Position numbers and translations under genes: made by a program. Below, piece after piece: positions 53,263-63,415 of a stretch of 64,000 nucleotides of DNA (positions are counted from its first letter, which is position 1; the number at the start of each line of letters is the position of its first letter). The notes beneath the pieces were generated by a model. The model saw only the letters and a program-made list of their open reading frames with translations. It searched no databases and was not told the DNA's origin. The DNA is from an uncultured Actinomycetes bacterium (lineage in GTDB: Bacteria; Actinomycetota; Thermoleophilia; RBG-16-64-13). The stretch covers positions 288,001 through 352,000 of the forward strand of contig CAVPLM010000003.1 of assembly GCA_963706025.1 (NCBI GenBank), in the 5' to 3' direction.

Positions 53263-54247
53263 ATTCCACGCCACTACGCGTAGTAGTCGACCAAGGCCCG
53301 GCTGGGACGACCCAGTTGGTAGTTGAGGCTGATGCAGGCGGCCAGGCACAAGAAAGCGCTGCAAGATGCGCTCTTTGAGGCCCGCAAGGGTGCGGGCGCC
53401 GTGGCGTTCCAGGGTGAGGATGTCCTTGCAGGTGCCGAAGATGGATTCGATCCGTTGGCGAAGCGGAGCAAGGTGAGGGCCTTCTCCCGGCTCGTCTTTG
53501 CGCTTGGGCCGGACCAGCGGTGGCCTCGAAGCTCTTTGACGGCTGAGGCGAACTCCTCGCCCGCATAGCCCTTGTCGGCAAAGGAGGATCTCCCCTCCCT
53601 CGCGCCGGCAGCTCCCAAGGAGTTCGAGGCCCACCTCCCGTTCATCCCGCTTGGGCGAGGCGAACGATAGCGCCCGGGGAGTGCCGTCCGAGGCGAAGAT
53701 GGCGTGCAGGCGCACCCCCCAGAAGTAGCGGGAGTGACTGCGGCGCAGTAGCCGTAGTCGCAGAGGTCGGAAAGAGCGGAGCGAAGCACCGTCTCCCGGC
53801 TTCTGGCGCACTCGACCGGGGTGGAGTCGATAAGCAGGAGATCATCGTAGAAACCCGGGCTTTGCTCGGCAAAAGATGAGAAGGAGCCACTCAAGGAGCG
53901 GGGAGCAAGACGGCGCCGGCGCTTGAAGTAGCCGGCCTGGCCGGGGACGACAGGGAAACAGGTGGCCAAGAGACTTTCCGGGCCCGCTCGAAGGAAGCGC
54001 CGGTCAGAGGGGATGCCCATGATGGCCTGCGCGACGGCAGAGGGTGACGATCTCGGCATCGGTGGTGCGCCGGCGGGCATTGCCGCGTCTTCTCTGGCAA
54101 AAGATCATCGGCTGTGCAATAAACGAAGGTGCAGAGGGTGTCGAGGTCGGCGTGCATCGTGGCCTCCTGGTCAGACGGTGATGCTGACACCGTCGGACTT
54201 CGGCTTCTCTGCCTCGAATCCCTTCTGCACCGGCATTTTCGTGGAAT
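53263..54247 (-). mobile_element. IS982-family insertion sequence; transposase at about 53274-54157 is frameshifted
   Basis: MHADLDTLC..DDLL, IDSTPVEC, YGYC..YFWG..LH, ADKGY, RQRIES and ERHGART; 8-bp inverted ends ATTCCACG/CGTGGAAT. Confidence 0.85.
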
Positions 54248-54694
54248 CAATCACTAGGGGTCGGCCCTGCGCCGAACGCCTGGTGACGCGCCAATGCTCT
54301 TGTGGTCGCCGGAGCTCTCTCTGGCTCCCCTTCCTCGAAAGCTTCGCAGAGGATGTCGATCAGGTGATCGATCTCCTCCTCAGTCATCAACGCGGCTCCA
54401 GCCCGCTCTCGCTCACTCGACAGGCCCCAGCGCATCGGCGCGTTCTGGCGCTGGGCCGCGACCTCCATTATTGGTATACTCGTTTCATTTGACAGACAGC
54501 GCCAGGTCCCTCGCCGGCACCCGGGCGATGGTCGCCGTGTGAAGAAGCGGCGTGACGCGCCCTAGAAACGGGAGAGGTCCAGTTTTGAAGAGCAACAAGG
54601 AGGGAATTCACAGTCCTAGTCGAGTTGGACCGCACGGCTTTGCATCGGAAGCTGATCTGGCACGAGATGCCGATCTTAGTAAGGAGAGTCGATC

Positions 54695-55501
54695 ATGACA
54701 GATGTCGTCACTGATCCCTATTCGGGGCTGCAGATGGTGGAGCTGAGCCATTTGTGGGGCCATGGCGTGCCGTCCTACCCCGGAGATGCCGACGTACGCA
54801 TGGTGCGGGCGGTCAAGTTCGCCCAGCACGGCGTTATGGCGCACCGGATCACCACCGTGATGCACACCGGGACCCACATGAACGCCCCTCTGCACCTGAT
54901 CCAGAAGGGCGCCGATCTGGCGGCGATCCCCGTCGATCGCTATTTCGGCAACGGCGTGGTGCTGGACATCCCCAAGAAGAACTGGGAAGTGATCACGGCT
55001 GACGACCTCAAAGCAGCCAAGCCCGGGATCCAGTCCGGCGACATCGTTGTCATCGTTACGGGTTGGTATCACAAGTACTCCGACGGACTGGAGTACTTCG
55101 GCGAGGCGCCGGGGCTCTCGAAAGACGCGGCCGAGTATCTGGTGGAGATGGACGCCAAGATGGTCGCCATCGACACCCCCCACGTCGATCATCCTTTGGC
55201 CACCTCCATGGGCCCCCATCGCGGCGGGCCGCAGATGAAACGTCTGGCCGGCGAGTACACCAAGGCCACCGGTCTCGATCCCAAGAAAGAGCACGGCGAG
55301 TGGTACGCCGCGCACAAGACGCTCCTCGCGGCCGGGATCCCCACCATCGAGCAGGTGGGCGGGGACGCCGATCTGGTCAAAGGCAGGCGCGCGACTCTGG
55401 CTGCCACGCCCTGGAAGTTCGAACACGGCGACGCCTGCCCGGTCAGATTGATCGCGATGTTCGATCCCACCGGTAAGGCCCGGATCGAGCCTGGCAACTG
55501 A
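54695..55501 (+). CDS. Cyclase-family (kynurenine formamidase-like) metallohydrolase 1
   Basis: ELSH, HTGTHMNAPLH, DTPHVDHP, AHKTLL and IEQVGGD. Confidence 0.88.
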   Translation: MTDVVTDPYSGLQMVELSHLWGHGVPSYPGDADVRMVRAVKFAQHGVMAHRITTVMHTGTHMNAPLHLIQKGADLAAIPVDRYFGNGVVLDIPKKNWEVITADDLKAAKPGIQSGDIVVIVTGWYHKYSDGLEYFGEAPGLSKDAAEYLVEMDAKMVAIDTPHVDHPLATSMGPHRGGPQMKRLAGEYTKATGLDPKKEHGEWYAAHKTLLAAGIPTIEQVGGDADLVKGRRATLAATPWKFEHGDACPVRLIAMFDPTGKARIEPGN

Positions 55502-55530
55502 CTATCCGCCGAGCCGAAAGGACGAACCAT

Positions 55531-56314
55531 ATGAGTCTCAAGATCTACAACCTCAGCCATACCTTCACGCAGTTCATGCCCGAGTGGCCCTCGACTCCGA
55601 GCGTGGACGTAGACGTGGTGAAGTTCCATGCCAAAGACGGCGTATACCAGACGCAGTGGGAAGGCATCATGCACCGCTGCACCCACATGGACGCCCCCAT
55701 CCACGTGACCGAATGTACCCCCAGCATCAACGACTACCCGTTGTGGCGCATGTTCGGCACCGGCGTCGCGGTCTCCATCCCCAAAGAGAAGTGGGGGATC
55801 ATCACCCCCGAGGATCTCGAGAATGCCCGCCCGAAGATCCAAGAGGGCGACATCGTCATGATCAACACCGGCTTCCATCGCAAGTGGGGCGATACCGACG
55901 AGTACTTCGCCTACGGTTGTGGGATCTACCAAGAGGGCGCCCAGTGGCTGGTGGACAAGAAAGTCAAGCTGGTCGGCTACGGCTGCCAGGCGAACGACCA
56001 CCCCATCGCCACCAAGCTCGTCAATCACGGCCTTGGCCCCACGCATCCCCACCTGATCGAAGAGTGGAAAGAGGAGTTCGGGCAGGACCCCATCGAGGAC
56101 TTCCCCAGGCTGGGAATCGGCGCACAAGACCCTGATGGTCAAGGGCGGGATTCCCGGGATCGAGAACGTCGGCGGCGACTTGGACGAGGTGACGGGCAAG
56201 CGCTGCACCTTCTTGGTCCTGCCTTGGCGCTGGCCCGGCGGGGACGGCTGCATCGTGCGCGTCCTTGCCATCATCGACCCGGACCAGGAGTTCCGCTTCG
56301 AAGCTGGGCTGTAA
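55531..56314 (+). CDS. Cyclase-family metallohydrolase 2, with a frameshift near 56110
   Basis: NLSH, HRCTHMDAPIH and NDHP; IENVGGDL..GDGCIVRV in an alternative frame. Confidence 0.85.
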
Positions 56315-56389
56315 GAACGGCGCCTAACCTGGCGCAGTCGGGCCGCCCGGCGGGTGAAGGGTCCCGCCGCCCGCTGACGGGGTCGCCCG

Positions 56390-58520
56390 TTACCGGGAGG
56401 TGACGTCCTCCAGAGCCTGCTGGTATTCCTCCACGCCGCTCTTGAGGCGCTCGTGCCAGGAGACCTTCTGCCAGGGATCCCAACCGTACCCGTTCGTCGA
56501 GTAGAGCTCGGAACCGAGGGCCACGCTGATGCCCACGCGATCCACCGTCTCGGTGACAAGGCTGCCGTCGGGGTTCCAGCGGAGCGCCTGCAGTGAAGAT
56601 GGGTCGGAGAACCCGATCGCCTGGTAGGGCAGGCGGACCTCGATACAGTCACCTGCCGCCCAGGTGACTCGCGAGTCGTAGTCGCCGCTTGACGGGTCGG
56701 TGGTCCCATAGCGCATTTGCCCAGCGTCGAACCACTCGAGGGGCAGCTTCTGCCCGCTGCCTGGCATCGTCTGAGGTTTGTTCGTGATGAGCTGCTCCGG
56801 GTTCCAGACACCACTTCCTTCGGCGAGTCGCCGCGGCGTCGAATGGTATGTACCCCTTCACCTTGCCCCAGAAGATGGTGAACTGGTCGTTCGAGGCCCG
56901 CACATAGACCTGACCCTGTTTGCCCGGACCGAGCACCACGGCATAGTCTGCTTCCGGGTCCTCGCCGGGCAGGCCGGGCAGGCCACCGTTGCCTCCCGGG
57001 ATGACATCGATACCCAGGGTGAGCGGAACCTCTTTCCACACCTTGCGATTGTCGAGCAACAGGCGCAGGTAGAGATATCCCTCGTCTTTGACGGCACGTA
57101 CCTCGCGTAGCCCGGTAGCGTTTTCGTAGATCACCTGCGAGTCGTTGTCCTCCCACTCGGAACCGTCACCATCCACGGTGACCGCCTGGTCGGAGCCGGG
57201 GTCCATGGCAAGGAGCCCAAAGTGCTCCTCGTTGGTCCAGGGATTGGTCCAGAGCGCCCGGCGGTCGCGCGGGAGCTCGTAGTCGATGGTGTTCCACGTG
57301 AACTTGAACCACTCGTCGGCCCATTCAAAGAGCATGCCGCCCGAAAGCCCCATGCCGTGGATCACGCGCAGCAGCTCCGCATCGATGGCCATCTGCTGCT
57401 GCTCGGAGTGGTTTCCCTGATCGCGGCCGAGTGGGCCGGTGTGCGCCATGCTCATCGAAGACGGCACGCCGAACTCGGTGATCATGACCGGCATGGTGGC
57501 ATGGTGATCCTTCAGGGCGCTCAAGTAGCCGGCGTACGGATCGTTCCGCTCCCCGTATACGAACGATTGAAGAGAGGGCTCATACCTCTGGAAATCGGGG
57601 TAGTACGGATAGGCGTGGTAGCTCGCGAAGTAACCCCCGGGCCACGCGGACGAGACCGCGATGTGGTTCGCGTCCACCGATACCAGATCCTCGTTCTCCA
57701 TGGGTTCCTCCGGATGCCGCAATGGGTCTGTGGTAGGCCAGTTGGTGAAGGTGAGGGGCACGGCGATCCCACGGGCCGCCTCTTCGCTCGCCACGTGATC
57801 GAGCATCTCGGCGAGCCAGGTTTCCGTGGGGGTCGCCTGCTCTGTGGAGGCGAAGTACTCGCCTTCGTACATGGCCCTACCGGCGTTCTTCTTATCCGAG
57901 ACCGAAGTAGCCAAGGGATCCCACTCCACCCCCAATGAGTAGGAGTAGAGCCAGGGGCTGGCATCGGCCGTCCACCTTCCCCACGCCTTGCCCCGCTGTT
58001 GGTCTCTCTGCAGATCCCCGTGCACCGCCGCGACAGCGTCGGTGATCTCGCGCTTGAAGCCGTCGTGCACCGTCGGGTCGAAGAGGTCCTCCGTGCCCAG
58101 AAACTCCTCTTCCGGTATCCACACCCCCTGGATCAGGTAGAGCGGATGGTCCGGGTTGGCCTGATTGAAGGCGGTCAACTCCTGGTAGAACACGGGCGGA
58201 AGGATGGTATACACGCGCACCGCGCGCAGACCCATCGAAGTCATCATCGAGAACCAGCGGGCGTACTCCTCGCCGGTGACGGCCAGCTCGCCGGGCTGGG
58301 TACCGGGAACGGTCGAGCCAAGATTCACGCCCGGCAAGAAGTCGATCACGCCTCCCTGCGTGGAGAGGAGGAGCTTCTGGCCCTCGGTGTGGGCGATGCG
58401 GGTGAGGCCCCCCACAGTCTCCGGCCGCGGCGCCCAGTCTGTCGAGACCGGGGATCCACAGCCAAACAGGAAGCCCATCAGGGCGACCACCATGAAAACC
58501 ACGGCCACGACCGGCGTCAT
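56390..58520 (-). CDS. Lipoprotein with a glycoside-hydrolase-like TIM barrel, frameshifted near the C-terminus
   Basis: Lipobox LFGC, GVNLG, VRVYT, GVEW, HAYPYYP, ITEFGVPS and FEWADEWFK. Confidence 0.8.
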
Positions 58521-58770
58521 ACGGCGGTTCGACCCAAACCGGATTCTCCTGTCGCGTCTTGCAGCGAGATGCCCGCAGTTCCCACTTCTCTCCCGCCCCA
58601 TCTGTTGATCACCTGGCATTTGAGCTCTGGTCTCACCGGTCCTTATCGGCACCGCAGCGTCACCTTCTGAGCGGCGGACGCTGGACGCGCACAGGAGAGC
58701 GGGGACGGGCCGACCAGGCGTCGAGAACATGGTGCAGGTCGGTGGGGGCTAGAGAGCCTCCGATAACAGA

Positions 58771-58948
58771 ATGGGCACAGAAGAGGATCCGTGGCGTCTC
58801 AAGACTCCCAGCGGGCAATCGGACCTGGAGGTGTATCGCTCTCTCACGGATCTCCACGCCATGATCAAAGCGCGCGGTGACTGGATGCCGCTGGGAATGG
58901 CCGAGGTCGAGCACAACCCCAGGAACAGGCGCATTAGGCGCCCCGTAA
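58771..58948 (+). pseudogene. Internally deleted remnant of a DUF6855-like protein
   Basis: GTEEDPWRLKTP, DLHAMIK..GDWMPLG and AEVEHNPRN are directly adjacent, without the segments that normally separate them. Confidence 0.55.
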
Positions 58949-59001
58949 GTCCCTGCTCGACCTGCGCCCCATGCTTGCCGAGCGCGGGGCTTACTCCGTG
59001 C

Positions 59002-59502
59002 TCAGACGAAGATGATCTGCGCGCCCTCCGTCATGTCGAGGAAGTCGCTCACCGTGACGATGTCGAGCACCCCGTCGATGAAGTCTTCCTTCTTCAGCCC
59101 CATCATATCCACGGTCATCTTGCACGCGTAGAGCTTTGCTCCCCCATCCACCAGCATCTCCATGTACTCGCGTATGGGCGGCGCCTCGACCTGTTTGATC
59201 TTCTTCCTCATGATCCACGTGGCGAACCTCGTCATGCCGGGCAGGACGCCCATGAGGTTGGGGATCCCCAGATTGCCGGGCACGCCCATCATGCTCATCT
59301 TCATGCTGGTATTTGCCACTGGAGCCAGTTGAAGGTGGTCGATGCGCTTCTTGGTGATCATGTCCATGCCCCAGAAGGTGAAGAACAGGGTCACGTCGAT
59401 GCCGTTGCCCAACGCCCCCCAGGCCATGATCGGCGCGGGATAGGCCATGTCCAGATCGCCTTTGGAGCAGATGAACGCCATGTGGCGGTTCTCATCAGCC
59501 AT
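59002..59502 (-). CDS. DsrE2-type sulfurtransferase
   Basis: SKGDLDMAYP, FFTFWGMD and YACKMTVDMM. Confidence 0.9.
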   Translation of the reverse strand: MADENRHMAFICSKGDLDMAYPAPIMAWGALGNGIDVTLFFTFWGMDMITKKRIDHLQLAPVANTSMKMSMMGVPGNLGIPNLMGVLPGMTRFATWIMRKKIKQVEAPPIREYMEMLVDGGAKLYACKMTVDMMGLKKEDFIDGVLDIVTVSDFLDMTEGAQIIFV

Positions 59503-59562
59503 GTGCTACTCCTCTCGTCAGTGCTTCGCTGTACGCGCGGCGCAGTTCTTTCGGCCGATCGA

Positions 59563-59883
59563 TCACACGCATCCTTCTGGTTTGCCCAAGCCGGAGATGC
59601 GAGCTACCTTCTTGGCCGGGCCTTTCGGGAACAGGGCGAACAGCTCTTTGGTCGAGACCCCGGTCCCGGTGGTGATCTGCCGAAGGGTGGGCGATTTCCC
59701 GTTCAAGCCTTTGGCCGTCTCCCGGCTCCAATCGATCACCTTCCAGTGAGCCTCGGTCAGCTCGGTGAGTCCCTCTTCCTGGGCGATCTCCGCCGCGATG
59801 ACCTTGTCCCACTCGTTGGGATCGGTCATGAAGCCCTCATCGTTGACCTGCACTACCTTGCCTGCGATCGTCTTGGTCGGCAT
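59563..59883 (-). CDS. TusE/DsrC/DsvC-family sulfur relay protein (single C-terminal Cys)
   Basis: DEGFM..W, LTEAHWKVI and LFPKGPAK..GLGKPEGCV. Confidence 0.9.
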   Translation of the reverse strand: MPTKTIAGKVVQVNDEGFMTDPNEWDKVIAAEIAQEEGLTELTEAHWKVIDWSRETAKGLNGKSPTLRQITTGTGVSTKELFALFPKGPAKKVARISGLGKPEGCV

Positions 59884-59929
59884 ACGCTTCTCCTTCTGAT
59901 GGTCGAGTATTTGTTGGATGACGGTTCGG

Positions 59930-60634
59930 CTATTTGCCGGCCGCCTGCCCGGCAGCTTGCGCGCCTATGACGCGAAGCACGCGCATGGTGAGCACAAGTC
60001 CGCGGCGTGTATCCGGATCTCGCATCTGGCCCAGCAGTGAGCGTAGAGAGGTGTCGATCGGCTGCGCGAGCTCCACCTCGCTCTTCGAGATCACTTCGTG
60101 GACCAGGTTGAGGACCTGGGGCTGCGTCACGTCTCTCATCACGTTCACGAGCGGGACGACGTTATCGCCAAGTTGTTCTATCTCTTCGGGACTGAAGGAG
60201 GTGACGACGTTGTCTGCGGCCCGGGCGCCTCCTCGGGCCAGTGCGAAGTAACCTCTTCGCTCGGCCGACTGCAGCAGGTCGGTCGCCTTCTCGAAGGCGC
60301 TGTCGGTTAGGGGACCGACGGTCTGCGCGAGATCCATCAGGCTCTCGAGCTGGTCGAGCATCTTGTCGATGTTGCGCCCGTTGCGCAGCAGGCGTTTGAC
60401 CAAGCGGAGCACGTCACATAGGTCGACGTACTCCTGGACCTCCTCCAATTGCACGGTCACGAGCTGGAGGGCCTCGTCTGCGATCGGGATCACGTCCTGC
60501 AAGAGCTCGTCGCGCTCCGCCTGCCGGCGCGAGGCGGATCGGGCCTGGTCGGTCAGGATCTGGACCTGGCCGGCGAGGAGATCGAGCTTCTCATGTAGAG
60601 CGGCAAGATCCGAGGCCGCTAATGCCTGTTCCAT
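59930..60634 (-). CDS. DUF1641-domain helical protein
   Basis: Helical protein ending SLRSLLGQMRDPDTRRGL; adjacent to sqr. Confidence 0.82.
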   Translation of the reverse strand: MEQALAASDLAALHEKLDLLAGQVQILTDQARSASRRQAERDELLQDVIPIADEALQLVTVQLEEVQEYVDLCDVLRLVKRLLRNGRNIDKMLDQLESLMDLAQTVGPLTDSAFEKATDLLQSAERRGYFALARGGARAADNVVTSFSPEEIEQLGDNVVPLVNVMRDVTQPQVLNLVHEVISKSEVELAQPIDTSLRSLLGQMRDPDTRRGLVLTMRVLRVIGAQAAGQAAGK

Positions 60635-60644
60635 GCCGGCCTCC

Positions 60645-61877
60645 TCACTTGTGCCACTTGCCCGACATGCTCATGCGCGCGGGCAGCGGCAACTCCTGGC
60701 CCTTCAACAGGATGTTCCAATACATCCAACGGAACATCATCTTGCCCCAGTGGTTCAGCTCCGACTCCTGCAGCAAGGCGAAAGGTCCCATCCCGGGCAA
60801 TGGATAGCGGCCGGGAAGTGGCTCCACGTCGTAGTTGAAATCGATCAGCAGACCTTTGCCGAAGCCGGACTCGATGAAGCAGTTCGTGTGCCCGTCGTAG
60901 GGGACCAGCATATCCAGGCCGTCAACGTGGCGTAAGAAGTTCTCGGTGAAACAGTCCACCGCGAAGTGGGCCCCTGAACCGCTTTTCGAGGTGGGCAAGG
61001 CCGCGGTGTCGCCAAGGGCGAAGATGTTCGGGTGCTCCTTCGAAAGGAAGGTGTGGATGTCGACCGGGACGTAGTTCAATTCGTCGCCCAGCCCCGAGCG
61101 TGCCACGAACTCGTCACCCTTGTTGAGCGGGACGGTCACCAGCAGATCGTATTCCAGTTCAGTCTCGTCGTAATGCACGAGTCTCTTGGCGTCCGGGTCG
61201 ACGTGCTCGACCAGGAACTCGGGCACCACCTGGATGCCCTTTTCTTCGAGGATGTCGCCCAGGTACTTGGAGGCGATAGGCTTGGTGAACGCGCCCGGAA
61301 GCGGGGTGGCATAGATCAATTCGACTCTATCGCGGATACCCTGCTCATGGAAGAACCAGTCCGCCAACATGATGAATTCGAGCGGAGCCACCGGGCACTT
61401 GATGGGATTCTCGACCACGTTGAGCACCAGCCGACCGCCCTGCCAGGTGCGCAGGTGTTTCGCCAGAGCCACCGCACCCTCGATGGTGTAGAAGTCGTAG
61501 ATGGACCGGTGCCACTCGGGCCCCTCGAGGCCGGGAGTCTCCCCGGGCCGGGTCCGCGTGCCGGTTGCGATCACCAAGAAGTCATAATTGAGGATGCGAC
61601 CGTTCGTCAGCTTCACGCGGTTCTGATCGGGTTCGATGACGTCTGCCTCGGCCTTGATCATCTCCACCCCGGCTGGGATGAAGTCAGGCTTGGGCTTCAT
61701 CACGTCGTTCTTGCTGTACATGCCGAAGGGGATGAATAGATAGCCCGGTTGGTAGTAATGGGTCTCGATCGGGTCGACGATGGTAATCTTCCACTCATCG
61801 GTGCCGAGTAACCGACGAAGGCGATTGACGACCATAGTCCCCGCGGTCCCGGCGCCGATGACCAGCAGTCGCTTCAT
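60645..61877 (-). CDS. sqr: Sulfide:quinone oxidoreductase (type III-like)
   Basis: GAGTAG, HYYQPG, IKCPVAPLE, FALGD, SKSGS and YDGHTNCFIE. Confidence 0.88.
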   Translation of the reverse strand: MKRLLVIGAGTAGTMVVNRLRRLLGTDEWKITIVDPIETHYYQPGYLFIPFGMYSKNDVMKPKPDFIPAGVEMIKAEADVIEPDQNRVKLTNGRILNYDFLVIATGTRTRPGETPGLEGPEWHRSIYDFYTIEGAVALAKHLRTWQGGRLVLNVVENPIKCPVAPLEFIMLADWFFHEQGIRDRVELIYATPLPGAFTKPIASKYLGDILEEKGIQVVPEFLVEHVDPDAKRLVHYDETELEYDLLVTVPLNKGDEFVARSGLGDELNYVPVDIHTFLSKEHPNIFALGDTAALPTSKSGSGAHFAVDCFTENFLRHVDGLDMLVPYDGHTNCFIESGFGKGLLIDFNYDVEPLPGRYPLPGMGPFALLQESELNHWGKMMFRWMYWNILLKGQELPLPARMSMSGKWHK

Positions 61878-62086
61878 GAATCAGAACCCCCTTCCACGTG
61901 ATTAGCCACTCCCAATTCGCGCATCACCGCTGCATCACCACTATATCTCCAAAAGGCCTCATCCCCAGAAGGCTTCGATCCCAGCCGACGCACCGTGCGT
62001 CATTATACCCTAGTGGGTATGTTCGTAAGTGGGTATCGCGGTTCTGAAGGGGGCCACCAAGTGCGGGCGTGATAGTATGCGCGCCA

Positions 62087-63310
62087 ATGGAGACGCCCGA
62101 TCTGATAACCGTCTCTGAGTACGCGCAGCGCCGCGAAGCGGTCTTGCAGGCGCTAGATGGTGCTGCTGCCCTGGTGTTGGCCGGCCACGAGACGCCATCT
62201 TCGTCACCTGTCGATCGCTGGAAGACCGACCGGCTCTTCTGGTACCTGACCGGCCTCGACTACGAAAGCGGCGCCGCGGTGGTGTTCGACCCGGCCGAGG
62301 AGGACCCCGAGCGCCGGATAACCCTCCTTCTGCGTCCCCGTGACCCAGAGATGGAGCGCTGGGATGGCTTTCGCGACCCCTTAGGCCTGGCGCTCAAGGA
62401 GAAGACAGGCTTCACCAGCATAGCGCGGATCCCGTCACTCTCTTCCAGAATGGGCGATGCCGCCCGGCGCACCAAGCGCCTGGCCTGTATGCATCCTTTC
62501 GCCCCCTATGACGCCGCGGTCTCACCGGACCTCGATATCTTCCGGAAGATCTGCGAGCGGATCCCGGGCGTGGCTATCGAGGACCGTACCGAACTGCTGC
62601 CGTCGATGCGTGCCGTCAAGTCCCCGGCAGAGCTCGCCTTGATGGAACGGGCTATCGCCGCCTCGGTCGCTGGGTATGAGGCGGTTCTGCGCTTCATCCA
62701 CCCCGGCGTGACGGAGGCACAGGTAGCCGAGGTACTGACCACTGGGTTTCGCGAGCGGGGCGCGGAGCCGGCCTACGCTCCCGTCGTCGGCTCGGGGCTG
62801 AACGGAACGGTGCTCCACTACCTCGACAATGACCAGGTCGTCAGAGACGGAGACCTGATCGTCATCGACTATGCCGCGGCCTACGGCGGATACGCATCGG
62901 ATGTCACCCGCACGTTTCCGGCCGACGGAACGTTCACTTCCGAGCAACGAGGGATCTACGAGGTGGTGCTGGAGGCCAACCTCGCCGGTATCGACGCGGC
63001 CCGCCCCGGCGCCACCATCACCGACATGCAGAATGCCGCGCGAGCAGTGATCGCCGAGGCCGGCTACGAAGACTACTTCATCCACGGCATCGGTCATCAG
63101 CTTGGCATCGAGGTCCACGACCCGACTCCCGACGGGCCGCTCGTGCCGGGGATGGTGCTGACCATCGAGCCGGGCGTCTATCTGCCGCAACGCCGGCTGG
63201 GGGTACGCATCGAGGACGACATCCTTCTCACCGAGACCGGCAGCGTGAACCTCACCGCTGCTATTCCCAAGACCGTGGCCGCTATCGAGGCCGCAATGGC
63301 GGGGCGCTAG
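62087..63310 (+). CDS. pepP: Xaa-Pro aminopeptidase (M24B)
   Basis: LHY, IDYAA..YASDVTRT, HGIGH..VHD, TIEPG and GVRIEDD. Confidence 0.92.
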   Translation: METPDLITVSEYAQRREAVLQALDGAAALVLAGHETPSSSPVDRWKTDRLFWYLTGLDYESGAAVVFDPAEEDPERRITLLLRPRDPEMERWDGFRDPLGLALKEKTGFTSIARIPSLSSRMGDAARRTKRLACMHPFAPYDAAVSPDLDIFRKICERIPGVAIEDRTELLPSMRAVKSPAELALMERAIAASVAGYEAVLRFIHPGVTEAQVAEVLTTGFRERGAEPAYAPVVGSGLNGTVLHYLDNDQVVRDGDLIVIDYAAAYGGYASDVTRTFPADGTFTSEQRGIYEVVLEANLAGIDAARPGATITDMQNAARAVIAEAGYEDYFIHGIGHQLGIEVHDPTPDGPLVPGMVLTIEPGVYLPQRRLGVRIEDDILLTETGSVNLTAAIPKTVAAIEAAMAGR

Positions 63311-63318
63311 CCGGGAGA

Positions 63319-63358
63319 GAAAAGGGGCGGGGCCGGGGAGTTTCCCCGGCCCCGCCCC
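63319..63358 (-). terminator. Rho-independent terminator between convergent pepP and the foldase gene
   Basis: 16-bp stem GGGGCGGGGCCGGGGA/TCCCCGGCCCCGCCCC, 3-nt loop, T-tract on the minus strand. Confidence 0.85.
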
Positions 63359-63415
63359 AGTGCCAAAGCTGGCCTGTCTGCCCGCGCGGGAGTCGAGCCC
63401 TGCGCTACTCTTCGG

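Noticed and set aside
54247-54468. Small ORF containing TEEEIDHLIDIL, resembling the C-terminus of a PLP enzyme
   Set aside because: Too short and generic to support a call.
55189-57156. Long antisense or alternative-frame ORFs (for example 655 aa here, 612 aa at 19126-20964, 462 aa at 8169-9557)
   Set aside because: These are shadows of real genes in high-GC DNA, without motifs of their own.
59563-59883. dsrC as a marker of dissimilatory sulfite reduction
   Set aside because: It lacks the second conserved Cys of DsrC, and there is no dsrAB in the window.
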